Shown here piece after piece: positions 28,859-39,249 of a DNA stretch of 64,000 nt (the stretch's first letter is position 1; every line of letters starts with the position of its first letter). A program made the position numbers and the translations under genes. This DNA is from Syntrophales bacterium (GTDB taxonomy: Bacteria > Desulfobacterota > Syntrophia > Syntrophales > UBA2210), in assembly GCA_963662405.2 (NCBI GenBank), contig CAXXKT010000001.1, positions 2,112,001 through 2,176,000 of the forward strand. The letters are read 5' to 3'. The notes below the pieces were generated by a model. It was not told the origin of the DNA, searched no databases, and saw nothing but the letters and a program-made list of their open reading frames with translations.

Positions 28859-29359
28859 TCACACGGTTTCTTCCAGGAGTGTCACCTCGTCCCGGCTCAG
28901 GATACGGTCGATGTCGAGGAGGATCTTGACCGACCCCTCGATCTTCGCCATCCCCAGGATAAAGTCGCTGTCGAAGCGCGTCCCGAAGGTCGGCGTCTCT
29001 TCGATATCGCCCGCCTTGATGTTCAGGACCTCCGAAACACCATCCACGATGATCCCGATCTGGATCCGGCCCCGCCGGTTCGTTACCTCAACCACGATGA
29101 TGCAGGTCCGCTCCGTGTAGGCCAACTCCTCCATCCCGAACTTCAACCTGAGGTCCACCACGGGGATCACCTTCCCCCGAAGATTGATCACACCCTTGAT
29201 AAAGGACGGGGTCTGCGGTACCGAGGTCACCGTCATCATCCCGATAATCTCCTTCACCTTCAGGATACCGATCCCATATTCCTCGCCGGACAAGGAGAAG
29301 GTGAGGTATTTCCCTTCCTGTGCCATCTCTTTCCGGGTCGTTTCCGTCTGTTCGCTCAT
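28859..29359 (-). CDS. cheW: Chemotaxis coupling protein
   Basis: YLTFSL, YGIGILKVKEII, GVINLRGKVIPVVDLR, GIIVDGVSEV. Confidence 0.96.
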   Translation of the reverse strand: MSEQTETTRKEMAQEGKYLTFSLSGEEYGIGILKVKEIIGMMTVTSVPQTPSFIKGVINLRGKVIPVVDLRLKFGMEELAYTERTCIIVVEVTNRRGRIQIGIIVDGVSEVLNIKAGDIEETPTFGTRFDSDFILGMAKIEGSVKILLDIDRILSRDEVTLLEETV

Positions 29360-29374
29360 CAGGTCACCTCCTCT

Positions 29375-31318
29375 CTAAAAGTCACGGAACTCGCCGTCAT
29401 CCAGGGGAATGACCTGATTCGGGCTCACCTCTCGCTTCCGCGCGGAGAGGGCAACATCCCGCACCGAGGTGGGGAGGGGCTTCGCCGCGGATCGCGAGGA
29501 TCGCTGCACCCGCCGCATCTCGACGCCACCGTCGCCGTTGTGGCCGCCCGCACCGTCGCCACCGATGGCCGCCAGGAGCTGAGCGGCAATATCCTTCAGC
29601 TGGGCCGCCTGGGCATTCATCTCTTCCGAGGCGGAGGCGCTCTCTTCCGCGTTCGCGGCATTCTGCTGGGTCACCTTGTCCATCTCGCCGATCGCCTTGT
29701 TCACCTGGTCGATCCCCTGCGCCTGCTCAGACGACGCCGCGGCAATCTCTCCCACCAGTTGCCCCACCTTGGCGCTGCTCTTCGTCACCTCTTCGAAGGC
29801 CGTATTGGTCTTCTCCACCAGCTCCGAGCCTTCCTTGATCTTCTTCACCGACCCTTCGATCAGGTCCGCCGTGTTCTTCGCCGCCTCGGCCGCCCGCATC
29901 GCCAGGTTCCGTACCTCGTCGGCCACCACCGCGAATCCCGCGCCCGCCTCGCCCGCCCGGGCCGCCTCAACCGCCGCGTTCAGGGCCAGAAGGTTCGTCT
30001 GGAAGGCAATCTCGTCGATCGTCTTGATGATCTTCGAGGTCTCCTCGCTCGCGTGGGAGATCTCTCCCATAGAGCCGGTCAGTTCCGTCATCGACTGGTC
30101 GGCCCGGATCACCACCTGGTTGGCCTCCTTCATCAGACCGTCCGCCTGACCGGCGTTGTCCGCGTTCTGACGCGTCATGGACGATATCTCCTCCAGGGAT
30201 GACGAGGTCTCTTCGATCGCCGAGGCGGACTCCGCCGACCCCTCCGCCAGGGACTGACTCGCCGACGAGACCTGGGTCGAGGCCGCGGCCACCTGGTCAG
30301 CCGCGCTGTTCAGCATCGCCACCGCCTCCGTGATCGGACGGGTGAGGCTCCGGGAAAAGTAGAACACGGCGAGGATGGTCAACGCCAGAAAGATCCCGCC
30401 GATAAGCAGGATGAAGTCCCGCATGGAACGCGCCGCGGCGAGAAACTCCGCCTCGTCCTGCGTGGCGCAGACGGACCAGCCCGTCAGTTTCACCGGGGCA
30501 AAGGCAGATATCTTATCGACCCCCTTGAAGGTATACGATTCGGTACCGGTCTGCTGCGCCAGCGCCCGTTCCGCAATTATTTCCATCCCTTTCATGTCCT
30601 TCATGTTTGTTTTCAAAACGAGATCTTTATTGGGATGAGCAATAACCCAACCTTCCTTGTTGACCAGGAACGGGTATCCGGTCTCACCAAGCTTGATGTT
30701 CGTGATATTCTCGGACAAGAAATTGATACTCATGGTCGCTCCAGTGGCACCGATTATCTTCCCGTCTTGAGAATACACAGGAGCACAGATGGGAACCACG
30801 GGATTACCAGTTGACTTTGAAATGATCACATTACCGATATTTATCTTTCCCGCCAGCGCCGTCTGGACATAACCCCGGCTCGCCAGTGAGAGGCCGATAA
30901 GGCTCTTTTCGCTCGATCCGGCAAGGACGACACCACTCGTGTCGACGAGGTAAAGATTTTCGTAATCACTTCCCAGTTTCTTTATCGTAGTTCGCAGGGT
31001 ATTCCCCGCTCTTACCATTTCATCAAACTCAGCCGCATCGGTGGCGGTGACACCCCGATCGGCAATCGTGGTCGCTGCTTCAACCAATACCTCATTAAGG
31101 GACAGTTGCGAGATGACCTTGATTTCCTCCGCCATGACCAGCTCAGCCATGGCGGCGGTATCCGTGGCGACATTCACCGCCCGTTCCTTCGAAATAGTTT
31201 CGAGGGCGCCCGATGACTTCATAATCGAAAACAACCCGACAACCAGGAGGGGAATCAGCACAACGACGATTCCTCCCGTAACAAGCTTGAAACCCAGTGA
31301 TTTTCTCTTCATACCCAT
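29375..31318 (-). CDS. Methyl-accepting chemotaxis protein with dCache sensor
   Basis: TM-dCache (RGYVQ, GETGYPF, IAHP, TGWSV)-TM-signalling domain; C-terminal [11 protein letters not shown]. Confidence 0.95.
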   Translation of the reverse strand: MGMKRKSLGFKLVTGGIVVVLIPLLVVGLFSIMKSSGALETISKERAVNVATDTAAMAELVMAEEIKVISQLSLNEVLVEAATTIADRGVTATDAAEFDEMVRAGNTLRTTIKKLGSDYENLYLVDTSGVVLAGSSEKSLIGLSLASRGYVQTALAGKINIGNVIISKSTGNPVVPICAPVYSQDGKIIGATGATMSINFLSENITNIKLGETGYPFLVNKEGWVIAHPNKDLVLKTNMKDMKGMEIIAERALAQQTGTESYTFKGVDKISAFAPVKLTGWSVCATQDEAEFLAAARSMRDFILLIGGIFLALTILAVFYFSRSLTRPITEAVAMLNSAADQVAAASTQVSSASQSLAEGSAESASAIEETSSSLEEISSMTRQNADNAGQADGLMKEANQVVIRADQSMTELTGSMGEISHASEETSKIIKTIDEIAFQTNLLALNAAVEAARAGEAGAGFAVVADEVRNLAMRAAEAAKNTADLIEGSVKKIKEGSELVEKTNTAFEEVTKSSAKVGQLVGEIAAASSEQAQGIDQVNKAIGEMDKVTQQNAANAEESASASEEMNAQAAQLKDIAAQLLAAIGGDGAGGHNGDGGVEMRRVQRSSRSAAKPLPTSVRDVALSARKREVSPNQVIPLDDGEFRDF

Positions 31319-31440
31319 GTGTCTCTGTTCCCCTATTCTACTCTATATTCTCCACCCATATGACAGATCGTGCTCCGGAGCCAACCGATATGGAATGCAG
31401 TTTCAATGGAGATCTGGTCTGATGACATTCCCATTCCTCT

Positions 31441-31474
31441 TTTCGGACGTTGCATTGGTTTTCTTTAGTGCATA
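31441..31474 (-). repeat. 34-bp promoter repeat copy 2 (sigma28-like)
   Basis: Identical to 28443-28476. Confidence 0.8.
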
Positions 31475-31635
31475 GCGCTGAGCGCGACATGTCTTTGAAT
31501 AACTAGCCGATTAGAAAGGTAAATAACGGGTGTGAGCCGTGTCATTCCGATGTCGTTGCCGGGGATGGGTGTGTTGTCTCCATGGAGTATAGAAGCAGAT
31601 CTATGTGGTCGAATCCAGGAGGCGATGAAATCAGG

Positions 31636-32298
31636 TCACACGATGGAGGGAATCACCGAATAGAAGATTGAGAAAAAGTGAAAGATGCTACCGGTAAGGA
31701 CGAAACCATGCCAGATCGCATGGTGATAGGGGAGTCTCTTCCATGCGTAAAAGACGATGCCGAGGGTGTAGGCGAGACCGCCCAGGATCAGATAGACGAG
31801 ACCGATTGGTGGGATGGTCGAAATCAGGGGCTTGATAACGGGAACAATCAGCCATCCCATCGCGATGTAGAGGAGGACCGTCAGTGTGTGATGATTACGG
31901 GTCAGCAGAAAGAGCTGGAGAATGGGCCCGATGAGTGTCAGCCCCCAGATCATCACAAAAAAAGACCACCCCAGCGGGCCACGCATGCTGATTATCAGAA
32001 AGGGCGTATACGTCCCCGCGATGAGGAAGAAGATCGCCGCGTGGTCGAGGACCCGCAGCATTTTCTTTGCCGGCCGATATTGCACACTGTGATACAGCGT
32101 CGATGAGGCATAGAGGAGTATCAGTGTGGTGCCGTAGATGCTGCAACCTACAATGTGACGGGAGGTCCCGAAGGCACTCGCATAGGAGGTCAGGATCGCC
32201 AGCGCTGCTATTGCGAGGATGGTGCCGATGCCGTGGAGGATAGACTGGGCGATTTCTTCGCGGACCCCGTATTGGGGGAGGCTTAATTTTTCAAGCAT
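31636..32298 (-). CDS. Hemolysin III/PAQR (YqfA-like) membrane protein
   Basis: EEIA...HG, SSTLYH, DHAAIFFLIAGTYTPF, HAIWHGFV...HF. Confidence 0.93.
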   Translation of the reverse strand: MLEKLSLPQYGVREEIAQSILHGIGTILAIAALAILTSYASAFGTSRHIVGCSIYGTTLILLYASSTLYHSVQYRPAKKMLRVLDHAAIFFLIAGTYTPFLIISMRGPLGWSFFVMIWGLTLIGPILQLFLLTRNHHTLTVLLYIAMGWLIVPVIKPLISTIPPIGLVYLILGGLAYTLGIVFYAWKRLPYHHAIWHGFVLTGSIFHFFSIFYSVIPSIV

Positions 32299-32567
32299 AC
32301 ATAACACTCTCTTGTATCGGCACGGATAGTATCTCTTGTTGAAGACGCCTTATGGGAAAGGGGGATTAGATGCAGGAGAAAACAGAGGTCGAAAGGTTCA
32401 TCATCAATGCGGGTGCCTTATATATGGCTCGCCGTCGGAAGTCAAATGAAATTATCCCCCGTGGATACGCCATCCGGCATTTCACGGATGTGGTTGACAA
32501 ACCAATCGCTTTTATCTTAAGGAAAGACGATAGAGCGGCTTGTAATAGGTCATATAAGAGGAGTACC

Positions 32568-33149
32568 ATGGACATCGTTTGTGAGAGTTCATCCATTGTT
32601 ACATGGGTTATCATTCCCCTGCTGATCGCGTTGGCGCGAGTTGTCGACGTAACGTTGGGGACGATCCGCATTATTTATATCTCCCGTGGGATGAAGTTTC
32701 TGGCTCCTATCTTCGGTTTTTTCGAGATCCTCATCTGGCTGATCGCGATCGGCCAGATCATGCAAAACCTCAGCAATCCCGTTTATTATCTCGCTTACGC
32801 CATCGGCTTCGCCACGGGGAACCTGGTGGGGATCTTTGTAGAGGAGCGCCTGGCTGTCGGCAGGGTTATCCTCCGTATTATCACCCAAAGAGACGCCAAT
32901 CAGCTTGTCGGCTACCTCAGATCGTCGGGATACGGAGTGACCACGGTCGATGCGGAAGGGGCGCAGGGCGCGGTCAAACTCATATTCACCGTAATCGACC
33001 GGGAAAAAATCGAAACGGTGGTGAACAGTGTACATGTCTACAACCCTCGGGCCTTTTATTCCATCGAAGATGTCCGGTTGGTGAGGGAAGGGATCTTCCC
33101 ACCATCACGGAGGTTCAGTGATCTCCTCCGGATGAGGAAAAAGGAATAG
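32568..33149 (+). CDS. DUF5698/DUF2179 (YebE-like) membrane protein
   Basis: ARVVDVTLGTIRII, GFFEILIW, GFATGN, GYGVT, NPRAFYSIED. Confidence 0.88.
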   Translation: MDIVCESSSIVTWVIIPLLIALARVVDVTLGTIRIIYISRGMKFLAPIFGFFEILIWLIAIGQIMQNLSNPVYYLAYAIGFATGNLVGIFVEERLAVGRVILRIITQRDANQLVGYLRSSGYGVTTVDAEGAQGAVKLIFTVIDREKIETVVNSVHVYNPRAFYSIEDVRLVREGIFPPSRRFSDLLRMRKKE

Positions 33150-33244
33150 GCCTTCCGTTCCCCGCAAACAAGATATATCGCTCCTCCAGGAAAGTATGAT
33201 ATCATTCGGGGCAAAACCCCCATTGAATACAGGAGGCATCCCGG

Positions 33245-35050
33245 GTGTTTCGCATCAGGCGCATCTATGATGACACCCTCCCTCGCGACCGCGAGGCCGT
33301 CGTCCAGGTTCAGGCCATCCTGCGGACGCAGTTTACCGCACTCGACGAACAGGATATTGCCAAGCTCCCCCTCCAGCTTCGCAATCCGGTGAAGTACCGT
33401 TTCAGGTCCGTCCTCTTTGTTGCAGATGGCCTGCGAGGGGACGTGAAGGGTTTTGCTCTCCTCCAGCACGCCCCCGACGTGGAGTTCTGCTACCTTGATT
33501 ACATCTCCATCGAGGCGAACCGTCCCGGGCGCGGGGTCGGAGGGGCACTTTACGACCGGGTCCGTGAAGAGGCCGCGGCACTCACCCAGGTTGGCCTCTT
33601 CTTCGAATGCATCTCCGATGATCCGAAACTGTGCAGGAACGAAGCGGAACGGGCCCAGAGCCGGAAACGACTCCGTTTCTACGAGCGATACGGGGCCTAT
33701 CCGATCATCAACACCGCCTATGAGACCCCCTTCAAGCCGGGAGACGATTGTCCCCCCTACCTGGTTTTTGATCCTTTGGGAAAAGAGACCGCCCTCCCTG
33801 CGGTGTCCCTCCGAAAGATCGTACGGGCCATTCTCACGCGGAAGTATGGAACCTCCTGCCCCCCGGGTTATATCGACAGGGTGGTCTCCTCGATTACCGA
33901 TGGCCCGGTCGAGCTCCGCCCGCCGAAATACATCCGGACTCATCCGGATGCCCCCATCCATGCCACACGGTCGATCGAAAAGAGGATCGCCCTGGTGGTC
34001 AACGACAAGCACGAGATCCACCATATCCATGAGCGGGGATACGTCGAGGCCCCCGTGCGGATCGATCGGATCCTCGAGGGGATTAAGAACCTTGATCTCT
34101 TCGAGCGGATGCGCCCCCGCCACTTTCCCGAGCGGCACATCAAGGCCGTCCACGAGACCCGCTATGTGGAATATTTCAAGAGGATGTGTTCCCTCATCAA
34201 ACCGGAAAAATCGGTCTACCCGTATGTCTTCCCGATCCGGAACAACGCGCGTCCCCCCCGGGAGATGCCCGTCCGAGCTGGATATTACTGCATTGATACC
34301 TTTACCCCCCTGAACAAGAACGCCTACCTGGCTGCGAAACGGGCCGTTGACTGCGCGCTGACGGCGGCAGAGGCGATCCTGGAGGGGTACCGTCTCGCCT
34401 ATGCCCTGGTGCGCCCGCCGGGACACCACGCCGAGCGGGGCGCCTTCGGCGGCTTCTGCTACTTCAACTCCGCCGCCGTGGCGGCTCATTTTCTCAGTAC
34501 CTACGGAAGACTGGCGATTCTCGACATCGACTACCATCACGGGAACGGGACCCAGGAAATTTTTTACGAACGCCCCGACGTCCTCACCATATCGATCCAT
34601 GGTCACCCCCGTTTTGCTTACCCCTACTTCAACGGTTTCCCCACGGAACGGGGGGAGGGGAGCGGGAGGGGATACAACGTCAATTACGCCCTCCCCGAAA
34701 CAGTGACCCCGGAGACCTACCAAAAGACACTGGGGAAGGCCATCAAACGGATCACCCGGTTCCGGCCGCGTTTCCTCATTATCGCCTTCGGCCTGGACAC
34801 CGCCCGCGGTGATCCCACGGGGACATGGAGCCTTTCGACGAGTGATTTCTACACCAACGGCCGAAGTATCGGCTCCCTCCATCTCCCCACGATCATTGTC
34901 CAGGAGGGGGGGTACCGGACCCGGTCGCTGGGCGCCAACGCCGCTCAGTTCCTTCTGGGGCTCTGGGAGGGGTGCAACGGGATTTTTCCGCGAAGGGGGA
35001 ACAGACATCTCTCAAAAACACGTCAGAAACCAAACTGCAGCGTGCGGTGA
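33245..35050 (+). CDS. GNAT acetyltransferase fused to histone-deacetylase/acetylpolyamine amidohydrolase domain
   Basis: N-term PGRGVGGALY acetyl-CoA motif; C-term RPPGHHA, GFCYFN, DIDYHHGNGTQ, SIHG, QEGGY. Confidence 0.9.
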   Translation: MFRIRRIYDDTLPRDREAVVQVQAILRTQFTALDEQDIAKLPLQLRNPVKYRFRSVLFVADGLRGDVKGFALLQHAPDVEFCYLDYISIEANRPGRGVGGALYDRVREEAAALTQVGLFFECISDDPKLCRNEAERAQSRKRLRFYERYGAYPIINTAYETPFKPGDDCPPYLVFDPLGKETALPAVSLRKIVRAILTRKYGTSCPPGYIDRVVSSITDGPVELRPPKYIRTHPDAPIHATRSIEKRIALVVNDKHEIHHIHERGYVEAPVRIDRILEGIKNLDLFERMRPRHFPERHIKAVHETRYVEYFKRMCSLIKPEKSVYPYVFPIRNNARPPREMPVRAGYYCIDTFTPLNKNAYLAAKRAVDCALTAAEAILEGYRLAYALVRPPGHHAERGAFGGFCYFNSAAVAAHFLSTYGRLAILDIDYHHGNGTQEIFYERPDVLTISIHGHPRFAYPYFNGFPTERGEGSGRGYNVNYALPETVTPETYQKTLGKAIKRITRFRPRFLIIAFGLDTARGDPTGTWSLSTSDFYTNGRSIGSLHLPTIIVQEGGYRTRSLGANAAQFLLGLWEGCNGIFPRRGNRHLSKTRQKPNCSVR

Positions 35051-35114
35051 TACTTGACCTGACGTCTGCAATCCATTATTCTTACCTTTATTACTTCCGA
35101 AAGGAGTCCTCAGC

Positions 35115-35978
35115 ATGGGACTGAAAGAGAGCAAAACCGAAGAAAACCTCCGTAAGGCATTCAACCAGGAACTCAATGCCTATTTCGAATACCTCTACGC
35201 CGCGAGGGGAGCGAGCAACGAGGGATTCGAACTGATCGCCGATGTCTTCCACCAGACGGCCCAGAACGAGGCCGAACACGCCGAACACGAATTTCACTTC
35301 CTGGGATGGGAAGGTGACGTCAGGGAAAACCTCCAGGCCGCCATAAGGCACGAAGAGGAGGCGACGGCCTTCTACCGGGAAATTGCCGCCACGGCAAGAG
35401 AGGAGAAATTCGATGAGATCGCCGCCTTCTTCGATCGGATCGGGAAGGTTGAGGAGACACACCGGACAAAGTATGAGGAAATCCTGAAGGATTTTGATGA
35501 CGATACAAAGCCAAAGGGGCGGACGGTCCGACACTCGGCCCACACCATGGCCCAGTTGATGCTTCCCGCCCAGGCCAACCCGGCGGGCTTTGTCCACGGC
35601 GGTGAACTGATGAAGCTGATGGACAACGCCGCGGGGGTCACCGCCGCCCGCCACAGCGACACCAATGTCGTCACCGCCCTGGTGAGCGAGATCAACTTTC
35701 TGCGCCCCGTCATGGTCGGATCGCTCGTGACCGTGAATACCCGGATCACCTACGTGAGCCGTTCCTCCATGGAGGTCCAGGTGGAACTCCAAACGGAGAA
35801 TCTCCTGGAATCGGAGCAGCGCATCAAGGCCCTCACCGCCTACTACACGATGGTCTCCGTCAACAACCTGGGGCAGCCCCAGCCGGTCCCCCCCCTGATC
35901 ATCTACACCGAGGAGGAACAACGCCTCTTCGACGACGGAAAGGCGCGCTCCGAGGTCCAGAAGGCGAAGCGGGGTTAA
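35115..35978 (+). CDS. Rubrerythrin-like domain fused to hot-dog acyl-CoA thioesterase
   Basis: SKTEENLRKAF, NEAEHA, ENLQAAI, VEETH; then ANPAGFVHGGELMKLMD (YciA-type). Confidence 0.88.
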   Translation: MGLKESKTEENLRKAFNQELNAYFEYLYAARGASNEGFELIADVFHQTAQNEAEHAEHEFHFLGWEGDVRENLQAAIRHEEEATAFYREIAATAREEKFDEIAAFFDRIGKVEETHRTKYEEILKDFDDDTKPKGRTVRHSAHTMAQLMLPAQANPAGFVHGGELMKLMDNAAGVTAARHSDTNVVTALVSEINFLRPVMVGSLVTVNTRITYVSRSSMEVQVELQTENLLESEQRIKALTAYYTMVSVNNLGQPQPVPPLIIYTEEEQRLFDDGKARSEVQKAKRG

Positions 35979-36230
35979 GAAGCCGGATCGGGAAAAGGCG
36001 GAGTATCATACCGGTGAACCCCGTGGTTCGGGGGGGTGGATGCTTTTCGGCTCCCGCCGGTATCCAGTTATCTGTATGAAATGTAAGTCACCTTTTTTAC
36101 TTGACACAGATTACACTTTTCAGTTACGGGAAAAAATGGGTTGTTCTGCGTCAACCCCTGTTCTTGCAATAAAAATCATCCGTAATCCTCACCATTGCTT
36201 GTTTGACCACGTAACGCAAAGGAGGAAGCC

Positions 36231-36335
36231 ATGGAAAAGATCTGTCTTACTGCTTTGTTTGTTGTCTTTTTGACCACACCCGTTTGCTGGGCGTCACCGT
36301 GGGTATCGTGGCGATCCGTCGAAGACGTTTTTTGA
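36231..36335 (+). pseudogene. Truncated secreted-protein 5' end (34 aa)
   Basis: Strong RBS AAAGGAGG; signal-peptide-like MEKICLTALFVVFLTTPVCWA, then early stop. Confidence 0.45.
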
Positions 36336-36355
36336 TCTGATGATGCCGCGGGCGA

Positions 36356-36463
36356 TTCGTCGCCCGGCTCCCCAGGCATGTCTGCGTCAACGAGATGCTG
36401 ATCAGCCCGACCTGGAACCGCGGGTACGTATACGATCTCGGCCGCCCGCCGGTGGAAGAATAA
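36356..36463 (+). pseudogene. 3' remnant of an SDR oxidoreductase
   Basis: FVARLPRHVCVNEMLISPTWNRGY...* resembles an SDR C-terminus; no start. Confidence 0.55.
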
Positions 36464-36477
36464 TATCCCGTCCGAAA

Positions 36478-36509
36478 GAAAAAAGGCGGACCTGCGGTCC
36501 GCCTTTTTC
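36478..36509. terminator. Bidirectional intrinsic terminator
   Basis: AAAAGGCGGACC-TGC-GGTCCGCCTTTTT. Confidence 0.85.
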
Positions 36510-36527
36510 GTCTCTTCTCTGATTCGA

Positions 36528-38747
36528 TCAGTCTGTTCTCGAAAACAGCTTTCGTCCCTGCACCGCGAGAAGCGCCGTCCCCGCCAGAAAGAGAGCAAAC
36601 AGGATGGTCCCCCACTCCGAGAGGCTCGGGATGGCGGATCCGTGTATCTGGAGGGTATAATCACGACTTACCGTACAGCCGAGTCCTCCCTCATCAAGAG
36701 CGGTGATCGCGAAGTTCCACGTTCCCGCCGCAGTCGGCGTACCGGAGAGGACAAGGCTTCCCGGGGTCAGCGACAGGCCGTCCGGGATCGTCCCCCCCGT
36801 CAGTTGGTAAGAATAGGGGCCGTCCCCCCCGCTGGCGCTGAAGGTCTGGGTGTAGGGAACACCGACCGTGCCGCCGGGGAGGGCCTGTGTGGCGGGTCCC
36901 AGCGTGATCCCCGGACAGACGAGGAATGTGTAGAAGCGGAACCCCGTGCAGCCGCCACTTGCCCCGGTGGAGTCGGTGATGGTGATCTCGATGGGGAATT
37001 CCCCCGCTGCCGTGGGTGTTCCGGACAGGACCCCCGTTGTGGGATGGAGGGTCATCCCCGGGGGGAGTGTCCCATCCGTTACCGCAAAGGTGTATGGTTC
37101 AACCCCCCCGTACCCGGTCATGGCCTGACTGTAGAATACGTTGATTACCGCACTGGGGAGGTTGGCCGGATTGGGTTTCATGGCCGGGCAGACGGGATCA
37201 TCATCGTGCTGCCATTCCTTGATGGCGTCGTTGTCGATGGTGTCACCGAAGTCCGTGCAGACCTGTGCCCCGGCGGCGTTGGTAAAACATGCACGGATGG
37301 CGTCCGTCCCGACGCCCCCGTCCCCCGTATAGGTAAAGGTTGCCTCCCCGTTTGCGTCCGTCGTGTCGGTGCCGGAGTTCCCAAGGTTCGGCCCACTCCT
37401 GACCTCGAAGCTCACAAAGATGCCGGGCAGCGGGGCCTCCTTGAGGTCGGTGACCGTGGCGGTCACCGTGTGATCGGTATCGAGCGGATTGCTGTCACGG
37501 CGCGGGTCCAGGGCGATCATTTCCTTCGTCCATTCCTTTTCGACAACGTTCGAGCAGATCTGAGTTTCACCCGAAGAGAAGCATGCCTGGATACGGTCTG
37601 TCCCGACGCTCCCGTCTCCGGTGTACGTGAAAGTGGCCTCGCCGTCGTTGTTGGTGGTGCCTGATCCGCTCTCTCCCTGGTTGGGACCGGCAATGACCGT
37701 GAAGGTGACCGATGTTCCCAGGGCCGGTGTCGGCGTGATGGTGGCGGTAACCGTATGGTCTTCCCCCACCAGATTGAGGGCGGAAGGAGGATCGAGCACG
37801 ACCGCGGGCGTACCGGTTTGATTCCATACCTTCGTTACGGTCTGCGAACAGACCGTGTTCCCTTCATATGAGAAGCATGCCTGGATTTCGTCTGTCCCGA
37901 CACCGCCGTCCCCCGTATACGAAAAGGCGGCCTCGCCGTTGACGTTGGTGGTATCTGTCCCGGTTTCACCCTGGTTGGGACCGGCGATGACCGTGAAGGT
38001 GACCAGGATGCCGGATGCGGGATTGCCGCCTCCGTCCTCGATGGTCGCGGTCACCTCATGGGTGTCACCCACGTCATTCGTGTCGGTCGGTGGGTCGAGC
38101 GTAATCAAAAGGATGCTGTTGGGGGTCGGTATCCAATTGGTAAAATCGGTGGTCGATCCATCGGGGTCTGTTCCTATACCGGTGTTCCACGCCGTGGAAA
38201 CAGGATTTCCCCCTCACTTCAGATAAAAGTCACCCCACACGGGGGGCTCGACGCTCGTGAAGGTATAGACGCCATTGACGGAAGATCCGGAGGTATCGAA
38301 CTTGATGCCCACCATATCGGACCCCAGATTGGGATTTCCCTTGTTCGTGCCTGCCTGGGTCGTATCGGGGAAATTCGGGTCTTTCTCCCAGTATCCCCCT
38401 CCGGGTGTGGCCACGGTGGCATTGGCGTCAAAGATGTAGTCTCCGATAGTGCCAAAGGGGATATCGGGGCTGATTTCTATGATCCAGTGACTCAGATCGG
38501 GGGCGATGGGTACGCCGGCCTTGTCCGTGATGGTGTATGAATAGTGCCAGAAGGCCCCATCGAAAGAGATTTCCTAGGCAATCTGCACCCCGCCATTGGC
38601 TTCCGTGTAACCACCGGTGGCGTCCATCCCCGAAACCCCGGGTGTCGTGCGGGACCCGGTGTAGTTGGCAGGCGGTACCGGTATGGCGGCAAAGGCAGTG
38701 TGTACAAAAAAGACAAAGACCCCTAAAAAAAGAAGTAATCTTTTCAT
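36528..38747 (-). CDS. IPTL-CTERM-type surface protein with Ig-like repeats; frame contains TAG (38574-38576) and TGA (38214-38216): pseudogene or recoded
   Basis: Single 740-codon frame from ATG 38747 (RBS GAGGT, signal peptide); three Big-like repeats (HTVTAT...GPN...GEATFTYTGDG), two He_PIG-like repeats, C-term IPSLSEWG+TM+basic. Confidence 0.8.
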
Positions 38748-38806
38748 ACGTTACCTCGCTCAAAGGAATGATGGTAGAATTTTCCCTGAAGCGGAGCCAT
38801 ATCCCC

Positions 38807-38847
38807 AAAAACAAAACCCTCTCTCTTCTTGTCAGAAACAGGGCTTT
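38807..38847 (-). terminator. Leader terminator upstream of the surface-protein gene
   Basis: AAAGCCCT...AGGGTTTT + GTTTTT on minus strand. Confidence 0.65.
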
Positions 38848-38920
38848 CGGTAACCTGGCTATCAACCCTCCCGTCATTGCAGGTGGTTTCCAGTGCGCAT
38901 AGGCATCTCAACGTGTAAGG

Positions 38921-38949
38921 ATGCTAACTCGATTACAATATTGTGTCAA
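38921..38949 (-). promoter_or_regulatory. Putative sigma70 promoter
   Basis: TTGACA-17bp-TAGCAT; 10-bp tandem repeat GGCATATAAG x2 (38950-38969) directly upstream. Confidence 0.6.
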
Positions 38950-39249
38950 GGCATATAAGGGCATATAAGGGGGTGAAGCTTTACCGCCTCACATCATTTT
39001 TTTGGCGGAATTTTGGATGGTAGAGGGCACACAGAGCCCCCGCGCATTGGTGCGGGTCAGTTTTGATGGAAGGTGCAATGGTGGAAACGACAATCCTGCT
39101 CGGAAACCGCGCGGAAAATGTCCCCGAATCCGCCTCAATCTGATTATCAAAAATTCCTCTTTTGAGACCCAGTCAATATGGCTTTCCTTTTCTTTCTTGA
39201 CACGGTTCATTGATTAGAGGATGGTAGCCGGGATCATTGGTTTTTCATT

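Noticed and set aside
28691..30202. 503-aa plus-strand ORF (similarly 33056-35008, 48188-49516, 50747-52090)
   Set aside because: Antisense shadows of well-supported genes in GC-rich DNA.
36650..38110. Repeated DNA motifs suggestive of an array
   Set aside because: They are in-frame Ig-like domain repeats of the surface protein, not CRISPR.
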